Of a stretch of 62,122 nt of DNA, positions 1-10,256 are shown piece after piece. This stretch comes from a virus (lineage: Duplodnaviria > Caudoviricetes): positions 1 through 62,122 of the IMG/VR virus record IMGVR_UViG_3300031269_000015; one strand, given 5' to 3'. The translations under genes and the position numbers were made by a program. The number at the start of each line of letters is the position of its first letter. Within the stretch, counting starts at the first letter, position 1. The notes beneath the pieces are model-generated. The model was not told the origin of the DNA. It saw only the letters and a list, made by a program, of their open reading frames with translations, and made no database searches.

Positions 1-66
1 CGACACAGTTTCACCGCCGACCGCTGGCGTCCACGGGATCGAACGGCTTGTTCCTGTTGTTGATGT
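1..66. repeat. Terminal direct repeat, left copy (matches 62057-62122)
   Basis: 65/66 identity with the last 66 nt; G at 50 vs A at 62106. Indicates a circular or permuted assembly. Confidence 0.95.
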
Positions 67-472
67 AACGGTGGACAACTCGAAAACCACACGCACCAAA
101 TCGGCAACGGTTGAAACGGTAGAGGCAGACCGCGTTCTGCGCACGGTAACTGTTTCAGACATGGATATTAAAGACATCCGTGCGAAAAAGTCCATCAGCA
201 AGGGTGATTTTTGTAAACAGCTTATCAACTTTGAGGTGTTATCTAGCTATGACGGAATTTCAGCTTCCAAGGGAAATTGGCCTAATGCAATGGATGAGTT
301 CCTTGAATACATGAGCGACGACCAAAAGGTAAGCGCCCAGATTGAGTGGTCAACGGCACAAAGCGTTGAGCGAATGCACTGGCTAGTATTGTTTATGATT
401 TCAATGGATGTCATGACAGAAACTGCGGTTGATGCTTTGTTTACAGACGAAATGCAGTTTAATGCAAATTGA
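2..472 (+). CDS. 3' part of a hypothetical virion/fibre-associated protein spanning the junction (starts ATG 61980)
   Basis: Frame MKLAHIKDGK... from 61980 continues through the terminal repeat into the 71..472 ORF. C-terminal W...ERMHWLV...VDALF resembles phage fibre chaperone tails. Confidence 0.7.
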   Translation, partial: DTVSPPTAGVHGIERLVPVVDVTVDNSKTTRTKSATVETVEADRVLRTVTVSDMDIKDIRAKKSISKGDFCKQLINFEVLSSYDGISASKGNWPNAMDEFLEYMSDDQKVSAQIEWSTAQSVERMHWLVLFMISMDVMTETAVDALFTDEMQFNAN

Positions 473-1994
473 AACAAAATCATATCCAAAGAATGTAGTA
501 TGGAGACCCATGCCTGGATCTCAAGAAGCGTTCTTGTCTTCCACCCCTGTCTTCGAGGTGTTGTTTGAAGGGACAAGAGGTGGAGGGAAAACAGACTCTC
601 TCCTTATGTCCTACTGTATGCACGTCGGCAAAGGTCACGGCGCTGGGTGGAAAGGTATTCTGTTTCGTCAAACCTACAAGCAGTTGACCGATGTTATCTC
701 GAAGACAAAAAAGTGGATCCCGCAGATCTGGCCTACTGCGAAGTTCAACCACTCCGAGCATACGTGGACTTGGCCAACTGGTGAGCAGCTTCTTCTACGA
801 CAGTTTGCAAAAGAAAATGACTACGATAACTATCATGGTCACGAGTATCCATGGATTGGTTGGGAAGAACTCTGTAACTGGCCTAACGCTAAAGGCTACA
901 AGAAAATGATGTCTACCTGCCGCTCATCTGTGAAGGGTATGCCTCGTATGTGTCGCGCGACAACGAACCCATCGGGTCCAGGTCATAATTGGGTAAAGAA
1001 TCGTTTCAAACCACAGAGCCTCAACATGATAGTTCGTCGTGACCTCATGGATGAAGATGGGGAAAAAGAACCACCGCGTCTCAGCATTAAATCTCACATT
1101 GACGAAAACCTAATACTTCTTGAAGCAGATCCAGAATACAAACAGAAGATTGCCGCATCAGCCGATAACGAAGCCCAGAAGAAGGCTTGGTTAGACGGTT
1201 CATGGGATATCGTATCCGGAGGAATGTTTGACGATGTATGGGATCCTAAGTACAATGTTGTCTTACCGTTTGATATTCCCTTTAATTGGAAGATCACTAG
1301 AAGCTTTGACTGGGGTGCGAGCAAGCCTTTCTCTGTGGGCTGGTGGGCGATCAGCAACGGAGAAGACGTACAGCTACGGGATGGAAGTTGGAGAAGCACC
1401 ATTCGGGGAGATGTATTTCGTATTCGAGAATGGTATGGATGCCATGACAACCGTCCGAACGAAGGGCTTAATATTCTGGCATCAGAGATCTCCGAAGGTA
1501 TTGTCAAGAGAGAAATGGAATGGGGTTGGAGAGAAAGAGGAACAACTTGGTGCCGTGTCCGAGCAGGTGTTGCTGATTCGCAGATATTTGCTGCTGAAAA
1601 CGGAAATTGTATCGCCACGGATATGAAAGCCAAAGTGAGACTAGATGATGGGAACAGATATCCTGGAATTATGTGGAATGCGGCTGATAAACGTCCTGGA
1701 TCTCGTGTAACCGGCTGGACTCAAGTGAGACAACGTATCAGAAACGCTGGTCCCAACGTAAAGAAAGATGAAAAAGGTGAAGTTATCGCTATTTTCCCTC
1801 GGGAGAAGCCTGCTTTATTCGTTTTCACTACGTGTACAGCTTTTATTGAGACTTTACCAGTTCTTCCTCGTGATGAAAAGAACCCAGACGACATAAACAC
1901 TGACGCAGAAGACCATGTCGCTGATGAAGTTCGCTATTTTGTTCGCTTTGTTGGGCAAACTGGAACTTCTGGAACAACGACAGGTGCTCATTGA
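462..1994 (+). CDS. terL: Terminase large subunit
   Basis: Walker A-like GTRGGGKT, WEEL Walker B, TTNP coupling motif, C-terminal nuclease DWG and EDHVADE. Start 462 preferred over 429. Confidence 0.95.
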   Translation: MQIETKSYPKNVVWRPMPGSQEAFLSSTPVFEVLFEGTRGGGKTDSLLMSYCMHVGKGHGAGWKGILFRQTYKQLTDVISKTKKWIPQIWPTAKFNHSEHTWTWPTGEQLLLRQFAKENDYDNYHGHEYPWIGWEELCNWPNAKGYKKMMSTCRSSVKGMPRMCRATTNPSGPGHNWVKNRFKPQSLNMIVRRDLMDEDGEKEPPRLSIKSHIDENLILLEADPEYKQKIAASADNEAQKKAWLDGSWDIVSGGMFDDVWDPKYNVVLPFDIPFNWKITRSFDWGASKPFSVGWWAISNGEDVQLRDGSWRSTIRGDVFRIREWYGCHDNRPNEGLNILASEISEGIVKREMEWGWRERGTTWCRVRAGVADSQIFAAENGNCIATDMKAKVRLDDGNRYPGIMWNAADKRPGSRVTGWTQVRQRIRNAGPNVKKDEKGEVIAIFPREKPALFVFTTCTAFIETLPVLPRDEKNPDDINTDAEDHVADEVRYFVRFVGQTGTSGTTTGAH

Positions 1995-2004
1995 CAAAAA
2001 GTGA

Positions 2005-2033
2005 TTGTCAAACCAATTAGATACAGGTATGCT
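2005..2033 (+). promoter_or_regulatory. Sigma70-like promoter before portal
   Basis: TTGTCA-N17-TATGCT, same class as many other promoters in the genome. Confidence 0.5.
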
Positions 2034-2040
2034 CTTCTTT

Positions 2041-3549
2041 ATGGATAATTCTCTCACTCAAAATCACCCTTCTTACACGGAACACCTTCCAGACTGGAAG
2101 CAGATGCGTGATACGTACAAAGGTGAGAAGCGAGTTAAGTCTCGAAGTACTGAATATCTTCCTGCTACGTCATCTCACATTTTAGATGGTTATGGAAAAG
2201 AAGCAAAATCCACAGGATCTACCGCTTACGCAGCTTATTTGAAAAGAGCTCGTTATCACAACTTTGTTCGTGAAGCTGTGCAGATGGCAGTTGGTATGAT
2301 GCATAACCAACCTCCGAAAATAGAATTACCTGACGGAATGGAAGACATTCGCTCCAGTAAAGGCGAAAAACTTGAAGACTTACTCCGCCGAATCAATTCA
2401 GAACAGCTTCTTGTTGGCCGCACTGGTATTATGGCAGATTTACCTCTTGTTCCCGGCTCTGGGCCAGATTTACCTATTCTATCGTTGTATGGAGCAGAAC
2501 GTATCATCAATTGGGACGTCGGCACCACTGATCTAAACAAAGACTCACTAAACATGGTGGTCTTAGACGAAACTGCTTATATTCGCAAAAATAACTTCAT
2601 GTGGGATCTCACAACCCAACATAGAGTTCTTATTCTCGGTGAACCAGATGATAACCAACAAATCGGAACTTACAGCCAAGCATTGTTTCGTGACAGCGCA
2701 TTTGACGAAGATGAGTTGAAGAGACCTTCCTACAAAGGTCGAGAACTCAATAAAATTCCGTTTGTGATCGTAAACTCTGTTGATGTTACCGCCGAGCCAG
2801 ATGATCCAGTTCTTTTGGACTTGAGCAACCTTTGTCTCACCCTATTTAGATCAGATGCAGATTATCGTCAAAATTTGTTTATGCAGGGGCAAGATACTTT
2901 CGTTACTACCGGAGCACAACTGGAAGAAGGAGATGCTGTCCGGACCGGTACAGGTGCTCGCTTAGATCTTCCATTGGGTGCGACAGCGGAATTTGTTGGC
3001 GTAGAAGGCAAAGGTCTAACAGAGCAACGTGAGGCTATCGACAAGTTAGAGAGCCGTGCTGGTACTATGGGTGCGAATACTTTAGACAGCACTAGTCGCG
3101 AGCGTGAAAGCGGCGACAGTATGCGAATCCGCGTCGCGAGCCGCACAGCAGACCTCAACCAAGTCGCAGATGCTGGCGCTATGGCACTCGAAGATATTCT
3201 TAAAACATGTGCTGTTTGGATGGGTCTAGACCCAAAAGAAGTAAAAGTCACACCGAACAAAGAATTCGGCGAGACACCACTCACAGGTCAGACGATGGTA
3301 GAGATGGCAACTGCTCGCACCTTGGGTTTCCCAATCAGTGCCTCTTCATTACATACTCTTGCTCGCAAGCGTAAAATCACTGCGCTTACTTTTGAAGAAG
3401 AAATGGCAGCTTCTAAACTAGAGGAAGCTGAAGATCATCCTTTCAGAACACCAGAAACTGGTGATATGGCTGGACCTGATCAAAATTCTACTGGAGACAA
3501 AACAGACGATAAAAAGTCTGCCCGTAACAAAGCTAAGACAGGGGAATGA
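2041..3549 (+). CDS. Portal protein (DUF4055-like)
   Basis: Follows TerL; ~500 aa; HP.Y...W...RD and Y..YL.RA motifs typical of this portal family. Confidence 0.88.
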   Translation: MDNSLTQNHPSYTEHLPDWKQMRDTYKGEKRVKSRSTEYLPATSSHILDGYGKEAKSTGSTAYAAYLKRARYHNFVREAVQMAVGMMHNQPPKIELPDGMEDIRSSKGEKLEDLLRRINSEQLLVGRTGIMADLPLVPGSGPDLPILSLYGAERIINWDVGTTDLNKDSLNMVVLDETAYIRKNNFMWDLTTQHRVLILGEPDDNQQIGTYSQALFRDSAFDEDELKRPSYKGRELNKIPFVIVNSVDVTAEPDDPVLLDLSNLCLTLFRSDADYRQNLFMQGQDTFVTTGAQLEEGDAVRTGTGARLDLPLGATAEFVGVEGKGLTEQREAIDKLESRAGTMGANTLDSTSRERESGDSMRIRVASRTADLNQVADAGAMALEDILKTCAVWMGLDPKEVKVTPNKEFGETPLTGQTMVEMATARTLGFPISASSLHTLARKRKITALTFEEEMAASKLEEAEDHPFRTPETGDMAGPDQNSTGDKTDDKKSARNKAKTGE

Positions 3550-3596
3550 TCCCCACTAACCACGGCCATGGAGCCGTTATATAAAGGAGACCGGAC

Positions 3597-4421
3597 ATGG
3601 ATCCGATCGAACTAGTTTACCAAACAATGGCAGAAGTTCCTGTCACTTTCAAATCTCTTTACACTGAGCAAGACGGCAAAGCTGTGTTGACAGGCGTTAT
3701 TGGCATGAAAACCCAAGTGGACGTAGACCGTGTCCAAGAAGGTCTTCGCAAAGAACGTGAAGACCACGCTAAAACGAAAGCTGATTTAAAGCCGTTCAAG
3801 GGTATGAACGCCGCAGAAGTTCAAGCTACGTTAGATCGCGTCGAAGAGTTGGAAGCCGCAAGTGGGGGCAAGTTGGATGATGAGGCAATCAACAAAATCG
3901 TTGAGTCTCGCATGAAACAGAAAACTGCACCTCTGGAACGGCAGATTGAAGAACTCACAACAGCGAATAGTGAGTTGACCTCAGACAACGATAAGCTGAA
4001 CGGAACTATCACCACAGGCTCTCGTAACGAAGTTGTTCGTAAGATTGCCTCTGAGATGAAAGTTCATGGCACGGCACTCCGCGATATTGAACTCGTGGCT
4101 GCAGACTACCTCGAGAAAGATGAGACTACTGGTAAATGGATTGTTAAGACTGATGCTGATGGAGTCACTCCTGGGGTAGACGTAAAGCAGTTCATGCAAG
4201 AGATGCAGAAACAGCGTCCTCACTGGTGGCCTACATCTACAGGCGGTGGCGCTGTCGGCGGTATGGGTGGTGTCAACGGTGGTAAGAATCCATTCTCAGG
4301 TGATAATTGGAACGTTACTCAACAGGGCAAACTCATCAACTCAGATCGAGAGTTAGCTAATCAACTCGCAACTGCCGCTGGAACATCTATTGGTGGTGCT
4401 CGTCCTGCTTCGAGCAAATAA
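3597..4421 (+). CDS. Capsid scaffolding protein
   Basis: Coiled-coil, Gly-rich linker then NPF...WN.T.Q C-terminus; directly upstream of capsid gene; AAGGAG RBS. Confidence 0.8.
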   Translation: MDPIELVYQTMAEVPVTFKSLYTEQDGKAVLTGVIGMKTQVDVDRVQEGLRKEREDHAKTKADLKPFKGMNAAEVQATLDRVEELEAASGGKLDDEAINKIVESRMKQKTAPLERQIEELTTANSELTSDNDKLNGTITTGSRNEVVRKIASEMKVHGTALRDIELVAADYLEKDETTGKWIVKTDADGVTPGVDVKQFMQEMQKQRPHWWPTSTGGGAVGGMGGVNGGKNPFSGDNWNVTQQGKLINSDRELANQLATAAGTSIGGARPASSK

Positions 4422-4558
4422 CCTGTTGCTATCTTCTGCAGCGTGATGTAAATATATTGTCAAGGGCTTCCATGGGAGGCTCTTGACAAATTCTCTTCGG
4501 CTGGTCATGGGACTAGCAATTATCTAGCCATGAACATCTTAGGAAAGGATCCTCTTCA

Positions 4559-5602
4559 ATGGCCTCTGGACACACTTCAATCTCGGACATCATTGTCCCC
4601 GAAATCTTCACTCCCTACGCTATGCAGGAAACTGAAGAAAAATCTCGCCTCATTCGTTCTGGTGCCGTAGTCTCCGATAGCGACATGGCCGATCTGCTAA
4701 ATGGTGGTGGTCTCACTTTCAACATGCCTTCTTACGACGACCTTGACAACGACGAAGAGCGCGTATCTAACGAGAGTCAGCGAAACACTTTCACTGGAGG
4801 AGTTGTTGACCCCGATCCGAACAAAATCAGCACCCTGACAGAAGTTGCTGTTCGTCTTGAGCGTAACAACTCTTGGACTGCCACTCAACTCGCTAAGTTG
4901 ATGTCGGGCGATGACCCTGCCGCTGCTATCCAATCTCGAGTCGCAGACTATTGGGTTCGTCGTCAACAGGTTGCTTTTGTCAACGTTGTTAACGGGGTTT
5001 TCGCAGATAACGCGGCTGCTCCAGCTGATGCTGAGCACGTTCAAGGTGATATGACCAACGACATCAAAGGTAGCTCTTACGAAGCTGGTGTAACTGACTT
5101 CTCCGCAGAAGCCTTTATCGACACTACGTTGACAATGGGCGACAGCATGGAAGATCTGTCGATGATCATGGTCCACTCAGTGGTCTACGCTCGCATGTTG
5201 AAAAACAACTTGATCGACTTTATCCCTGACAGTATTAACGGACGTGCTATTCAAGTTCCCACCTTCTTGGGTCGTGAAGTTATTGTTGACGATGGTCTTC
5301 CTGCTGCTGGTGGTGTTTACGAAAGCTGGGTCTTCGGCGCTGGTGCGATTGTTTTCGCGCAAGGTTCTCCGGATAAACCAACCGCGATTGACGATCAACC
5401 AGGAGCAGGTAACGGCGCTGGTCAAGAAATCCTCTACAACCGTGTTCGCTGGGGCTTTCACCCCAAAGGCCACGCTTATGAAGGTGCGACTCCAGCTGGT
5501 GGTCCAGCTAACTCGGTTCTTGCTACTGCTGCTTCTTGGAAACGTGTGTTCCCAGAGCGCAAGCAGATCAAGATGGCTCGTCTGATCTCTCGCGAGGCAT
5601 AA
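4559..5602 (+). CDS. Major capsid protein
   Basis: ISDIIVPEIF N-terminus, TFLGREVIVDD, HPKG motifs; highly biased codon use; hairpin follows. Confidence 0.92.
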   Translation: MASGHTSISDIIVPEIFTPYAMQETEEKSRLIRSGAVVSDSDMADLLNGGGLTFNMPSYDDLDNDEERVSNESQRNTFTGGVVDPDPNKISTLTEVAVRLERNNSWTATQLAKLMSGDDPAAAIQSRVADYWVRRQQVAFVNVVNGVFADNAAAPADAEHVQGDMTNDIKGSSYEAGVTDFSAEAFIDTTLTMGDSMEDLSMIMVHSVVYARMLKNNLIDFIPDSINGRAIQVPTFLGREVIVDDGLPAAGGVYESWVFGAGAIVFAQGSPDKPTAIDDQPGAGNGAGQEILYNRVRWGFHPKGHAYEGATPAGGPANSVLATAASWKRVFPERKQIKMARLISREA

Positions 5603-5612
5603 CTGAAAAACA

Positions 5613-5634
5613 GGGCGGAGCTTAGGTTCCGCCC
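5613..5634 (+). terminator. Hairpin after capsid gene
   Basis: GGGCGGAGC-TTAG-GTTCCGCCC; weak U tract. Confidence 0.6.
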
Positions 5635-5705
5635 AAATCTTATAAAAGGAGAAAACAATGTCTCTACTTGGGCTCTCCTTTCCTCCCTCCTGAAAGGTCG
5701 ATACT

Positions 5706-6263
5706 ATGGAAGATAAAATTATAGAAGCCCTTGGACTGATGGACGCCATGGATGACGAACAATGGACTGCGGACGGTGCGCCCAAGGTAGACTTTGTTGC
5801 CTCCTTGGGTGATTTTGAAAATCTGAAACGAGCTGACATCATCAACGCTGCACCAAAATTCTCACGAGTTAACTTCGACGTTTCCAAAGACGTTGATGAA
5901 GAACAACCTCAGTTAGATGAGGAAGTTGAAGAAAACTCCATGGGTTACGATCACCCAGATATCGTTAAAGCTCAAGAAGAGTTTGATGAAATCGTTTCTG
6001 CAGAAGCAAATTTCAAAGCAGAAAAGAAAAAACGCAGTGATGCACTAGCTGAGGTTACGGCTCGTTTGATGCATCAAAAAATCGATCCTCAAGCCAATCA
6101 ACGCGAGATCATGCGGACCATCGCATCTTCTAATGCTGCTCGTGCCGGTAGAGTCGCTAACTTCCAAAAAAATCGATCCCTATTGCTTGATCAACATCCA
6201 GTGTCTCCGTTGGATCAATCAAAATCAGGTGAGAAGAAAGTTCGTCCGTTGATGAGAAAGTAA
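5706..6263 (+). CDS. Hypothetical virion-module protein
   Basis: WTADG.P motif common in head-associated proteins; position after capsid. Confidence 0.6.
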   Translation: MEDKIIEALGLMDAMDDEQWTADGAPKVDFVASLGDFENLKRADIINAAPKFSRVNFDVSKDVDEEQPQLDEEVEENSMGYDHPDIVKAQEEFDEIVSAEANFKAEKKKRSDALAEVTARLMHQKIDPQANQREIMRTIASSNAARAGRVANFQKNRSLLLDQHPVSPLDQSKSGEKKVRPLMRK

Positions 6264-6268
6264 TTACC

Positions 6269-6590
6269 ATGAGCACTCTCGGTCAAAAACGCATGGCAGC
6301 GGCATTGTATCATGCTAAAAAGAACAGACTTTCTAAAAATACTTAACAGAGACCTGTTCTCCATAGATGCTCTATTCGCAGGCGGCACTGAAGGTATGAC
6401 CCGTCTGACCTATCCACGATGTTCCAAGATAGCGCAGGCACCACGCCTGTAACGATATCGGGGCACCGATACAATCAATGAAGAAATGAAATTGATCGGT
6501 GTTTCCCTGATTAACGCTGACACGATCCAAAGCCCGTCACGGGTGTTCTTGTAGAGATACAGCAAGAAGTTTAAGGGAATAGGTGCAATA
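6269..6590 (+). pseudogene. Remnant of a fibre/decoration gene
   Basis: FSIDALFAGGTEG and YDPSDLSTMFQDSAGTTPVT in different frames at ~6358-6453; no intact ORF. Confidence 0.6.
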
Positions 6591-7100
6591 ATGACAATCA
6601 TCGTAGAAGATGCAACTGGACTATCGACTGCTGAGAGTTATCTATCATATTCTGATTATGTTACTTATTGGTCTGATCGTGGAGTCGCAGTTTCCGAGAC
6701 AGAAGCTCAGATTGAAGTTCAGTTACGTCTTACTACGGAGTACATCGATCTTCGCTGGGGTGATAAAGCTCCTGGACTTACGATCTCTGAAACTCAAGCT
6801 CTGTCTTATCCAACGGACTATTTCATAGTTGATCCTGTAGCACTACCTGTTCAGCTCAAGAGAGCTATGGCAGAGTATCTTCGTTATTCTCTTACGAACA
6901 CCTTGTTCATAAACAACACAGCGATCAATGGTCCAGGTATAATCTCTCTTACAGAGAAACTGGGACCGATTGAGACTAGAACTGTTTGGTCTGGATCAGG
7001 AAATGGCTCTGTTGGGCGTAAATATCCAATAGTCCCCAAAGCTGATAGTCTTATGCGTCAAATAACACTGGGAAGTTCTAATGGAGGTGTTATCCGCTAA
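6591..7100 (+). CDS. Head-tail adaptor (DnaT-like putative family)
   Basis: IIVED.TG...AESY N-terminus, EKLGPIE motif, neck position. Confidence 0.75.
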   Translation: MTIIVEDATGLSTAESYLSYSDYVTYWSDRGVAVSETEAQIEVQLRLTTEYIDLRWGDKAPGLTISETQALSYPTDYFIVDPVALPVQLKRAMAEYLRYSLTNTLFINNTAINGPGIISLTEKLGPIETRTVWSGSGNGSVGRKYPIVPKADSLMRQITLGSSNGGVIR

Positions 7101-7492
7101 TGTTTGATTATTATAAACTCGCAGAAACTTCGGAACGTTTGATCACTGATCGTGGACGTAGCATAACATTTATTCAGAATCCCGAGACACCTGTAGATTC
7201 GACTAAACCTTGGAAAGCCCAAACAGGAGCAGACGTCGTATTTACGACTAAAGCTGTCTTTCTTCCTCCTAGATCAGTTACTCAATTCGGTCTTTCCGCC
7301 CTTGGGCAAGGTACTGAATTTGAAGATTTGATTGCATCATCTGAGTATTTTGCTATCTTCTTTCCTGGAACAATTGATTGCCGTAATTTCATTAAAGTAC
7401 AAGATGGGTTAGAAACATTTGGTATAAAAGCTATTCAGATTCTACAACCCGGAGACGTTCAATTACTTGGACTTGTTGGGATGCGTAGATGA
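7100..7492 (+). CDS. Head closure/neck protein
   Basis: Position, size, overlapping stop/start coupling. Confidence 0.6.
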   Translation: MFDYYKLAETSERLITDRGRSITFIQNPETPVDSTKPWKAQTGADVVFTTKAVFLPPRSVTQFGLSALGQGTEFEDLIASSEYFAIFFPGTIDCRNFIKVQDGLETFGIKAIQILQPGDVQLLGLVGMRR

Positions 7493-7905
7493 GTCTTACT
7501 TATGAAGAAGCTGTCGACGATATAAATGCAATGATGTTAGCCGCATGGACAACAACTGGATATGTTCTTCGTTGGGATGACGTGCAAAAACAGATAGACT
7601 TATCAAATGATCCATGGGCTACATTCATTACAAGACACGCAACCGGATCTCAGAAAACTCTCGGTGGAGTAGGAAACCGAATGTTTGAGCGAACAGGAAC
7701 AGCTATCGCTTCTATATTCACTCCAACAGGAAATGGCTTGTCAGACTCTTACATCTTAGCTAAAGTAGTGGCCAACGCATATGAAGGTAAATCATCTGAT
7801 AATGGAGTGTGGTTCAAAAATGTTCGCATTCAAGAAATACCCAGTGAAGGTCAATTTCGTCAGTTGAACGTACTCATGGATTTTGAGTACACTGAAACAA
7901 AGTAA
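7489..7905 (+). CDS. Tail terminator protein
   Basis: Immediately before tail tube; R.G....IF.P.G.G motif. Confidence 0.7.
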   Translation: MSLTYEEAVDDINAMMLAAWTTTGYVLRWDDVQKQIDLSNDPWATFITRHATGSQKTLGGVGNRMFERTGTAIASIFTPTGNGLSDSYILAKVVANAYEGKSSDNGVWFKNVRIQEIPSEGQFRQLNVLMDFEYTETK

Positions 7906-7916
7906 GGAGGCCTTAA

Positions 7917-9446
7917 ATGGCACAGAAAAATAAAATTGACTCCAATATCACTGGCCTCGCATTCGCTGAGGAAGCTGTACTCGGTAGTCTTCCAGGTGAG
8001 AACGGTCAATCAGGAACTCCTGTTTGGCGATCACTGTCTCCAAACAGTTACAGTGATTTTGGTGGTGAGATTGTTAAGGTTTCGCCAAATCCAATCAATC
8101 CATCTCGTCAACGTCGGAAAGGTGTTACGACTGATCTCAACGCATCTGGTGGTATCAACTCTAACCTGACGTTTTCAAGTCTGACCAATATGATGCAGGG
8201 TGTTATGTTTGCTGACGTGCGAGAAAAAGGTTACGAAGAGCCTAGTGCTGTGACTGGAACACTTTTTGAAGTGACCTCGACTACTGGTTTTCTTGTCGGT
8301 TCTTTGATCAAAGGTCAGAATTTCGCTAACCTCGGTAACAACGCTCTGCAAGTCGCAAGCGCGATTGTATCAGATACATCAGTCGCAGCCGCAGCTACGA
8401 CCGCAGAAGCTTCTCCTCCTTCTACAGCTAACATTCGAGTAGTTGGTTTTGAAGCTGCGACAGCTGACTTAGACGTTGACAACTCAGGAACTCTCCCTGC
8501 AATCACTTCTACTACTCTAGATTTTACAACTCTTGGTATTGTTCCAGGACAGTGGGTTTTTGTTGGTGGTGATCTCGCTGTTGAGAAGTTTGTTAACGCT
8601 GCGAATAATGGTTTCAAACGTATTCGAGCAATCACAGCAAATCGATTGACATTTGATAAATCAGATGTTACTATGGTAAACGAAACTGGTACTTCTCTTG
8701 ATATCCGTTTGTTCTTCGGTGACGTACTTCGTAACGAAACTGGAGCTCTTATCAAACGTCGTTCTTATAACGTAGAACGCCTCTTGGGTGCTCCTGACGA
8801 CAGTTCCGGCAATATTCAAACTGAAGTTCTAGTCGGTGCCGTTCCGAACGAATTCACATTGAATGTACCTTCTGCTGATTTGTTAAATGCAGATATCACA
8901 TGGATGGCAACTGATAACGTTCAACGTGATGCCGACACTGGACCTAAGCAGAGCAGCATCGTCGCACCGTTCACTTCTAAAGAATACAACACTTCTAGTG
9001 ACATCAGTCGTATTCGGTTGTCTGCAGTCTCAGATACTGATGCGGCTCCTGCTGCCTTGTTTGCTTTCGTTACGGAAGCCACGATCTCTATCAATAACAA
9101 CGTAACTCCGAACAAAGCGGTTGGTACTCTTGGTGCGTTTGATGTGACTGCTGGTACATTCGCTGTCTCTGGTAACCTCACAGCTTACTTCTCAAATGTT
9201 TCTGCTGTGCTCGCGGTTCGTAACAACTCAGATGTCTCATTAGATATTGGTTTTGTTCGTGACAATCAAGGTATTATCTTCGATCTTCCCCTTATCTCTC
9301 TCGGTGACGGTCGGCTCTCGGTTGAAATTGATCAACCAATTACCCTGCCTTTGTCAACCGAGGCTGCGTCTGGTGAAGACATTGATGCAACTCTAGATCA
9401 CACGTTGTTGATCACTTACTTTAACTATCTTCCAACAGCAGCTTAA
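7917..9446 (+). CDS. Major tail tube protein
   Basis: IDSN.TGL..AEE, PNSYSDFGG, R.R.KG..TDL motifs of YuA-type tail tubes; AGGAGG RBS. Confidence 0.88.
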   Translation: MAQKNKIDSNITGLAFAEEAVLGSLPGENGQSGTPVWRSLSPNSYSDFGGEIVKVSPNPINPSRQRRKGVTTDLNASGGINSNLTFSSLTNMMQGVMFADVREKGYEEPSAVTGTLFEVTSTTGFLVGSLIKGQNFANLGNNALQVASAIVSDTSVAAAATTAEASPPSTANIRVVGFEAATADLDVDNSGTLPAITSTTLDFTTLGIVPGQWVFVGGDLAVEKFVNAANNGFKRIRAITANRLTFDKSDVTMVNETGTSLDIRLFFGDVLRNETGALIKRRSYNVERLLGAPDDSSGNIQTEVLVGAVPNEFTLNVPSADLLNADITWMATDNVQRDADTGPKQSSIVAPFTSKEYNTSSDISRIRLSAVSDTDAAPAALFAFVTEATISINNNVTPNKAVGTLGAFDVTAGTFAVSGNLTAYFSNVSAVLAVRNNSDVSLDIGFVRDNQGIIFDLPLISLGDGRLSVEIDQPITLPLSTEAASGEDIDATLDHTLLITYFNYLPTAA

Positions 9447-9455
9447 TAAACTCAA

Positions 9456-9484
9456 GAGGATACCTTCGTTGTGAAGGTGTCCTC
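9456..9484 (+). terminator. Hairpin between tail tube and chaperone genes
   Basis: GAGGATACCTTC-GTTGT-GAAGGTGTCCTC. Confidence 0.55.
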
Positions 9485-9507
9485 AATAACCAAAGAAGGA
9501 ATATAAT

Positions 9508-9939
9508 ATGGGAATGTACGACACTTTTGAGACGGATCCGGAACTTGAATCCAAAGGCGTTTGGATTGATTATGGGGATTTCCGCGTTCTTCTTGCTTCT
9601 GCTGGGCAAGGTAACAAGAATTATGTCAAGTACGCTGAAAAGAAGCTCAAGCCTGTTCGTCGTGCTCTTGAGTCTGGAGCTCTGAGTAACGATCGTTCTC
9701 AAGCACTCATGGCTGACATATATGCCAAAACAGTTATCCTTGCTTGGGAAACTATGCAAGGTAAAGAGATGAAATCTGGTATCGAAAGCCCAGACGGGAA
9801 AATCCTTCCTTTCAACTCTGCTAATGTCGAACAAGCTCTGTCAGCTCTTCCGCGAATGTTCACAGATATTCAAGAACAAGCTGCTTCTCTTGCCAACTAC
9901 CGCAAGGCAGAGTTGGAGAATGATACAAAAAACTCGTAG
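9508..9939 (+). CDS. Tail assembly chaperone (gpG-like)
   Basis: After tail tube; ends on slippery A AAA AAC. Confidence 0.85.
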   Translation: MGMYDTFETDPELESKGVWIDYGDFRVLLASAGQGNKNYVKYAEKKLKPVRRALESGALSNDRSQALMADIYAKTVILAWETMQGKEMKSGIESPDGKILPFNSANVEQALSALPRMFTDIQEQAASLANYRKAELENDTKNS

Positions 9940-10256
9940 AGTTCCTGTGTTATCAGTTAACACAGGGACCTTCTGAACAAGCGATTATTGAGCAATGCAC
10001 TAGGGCGGGTTGGGATCTACCAGAAAAGATAGCCAACGCCCCTAGTCTTCTTCCCGGCCTTGAGTTATACTATATAGGGTTTCATGATCTTATTGCCTCT
10101 AGGCAAATGGGTATGAGTGCTGGACCAATATGGTGGACAACTATTCAAGAGTACTGCGAAAAAAGTGGATGCGACGACGAACAAATAGAGGCGATGCACA
10201 CACATTTGAAAGATATGGACTTAGCTTATCTTAAGCAAATTGGGAAGAAAACTTGA
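9927..10256 (+). CDS. Tail assembly chaperone -1 frameshift extension (gpGT-like)
   Basis: A AAA AAC at 9927-9933, 12-bp hairpin 9941-9969, -1 frame open to TGA 10254-10256. Confidence 0.85.
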   Translation, partial: KKLVEFLCYQLTQGPSEQAIIEQCTRAGWDLPEKIANAPSLLPGLELYYIGFHDLIASRQMGMSAGPIWWTTIQEYCEKSGCDDEQIEAMHTHLKDMDLAYLKQIGKKT

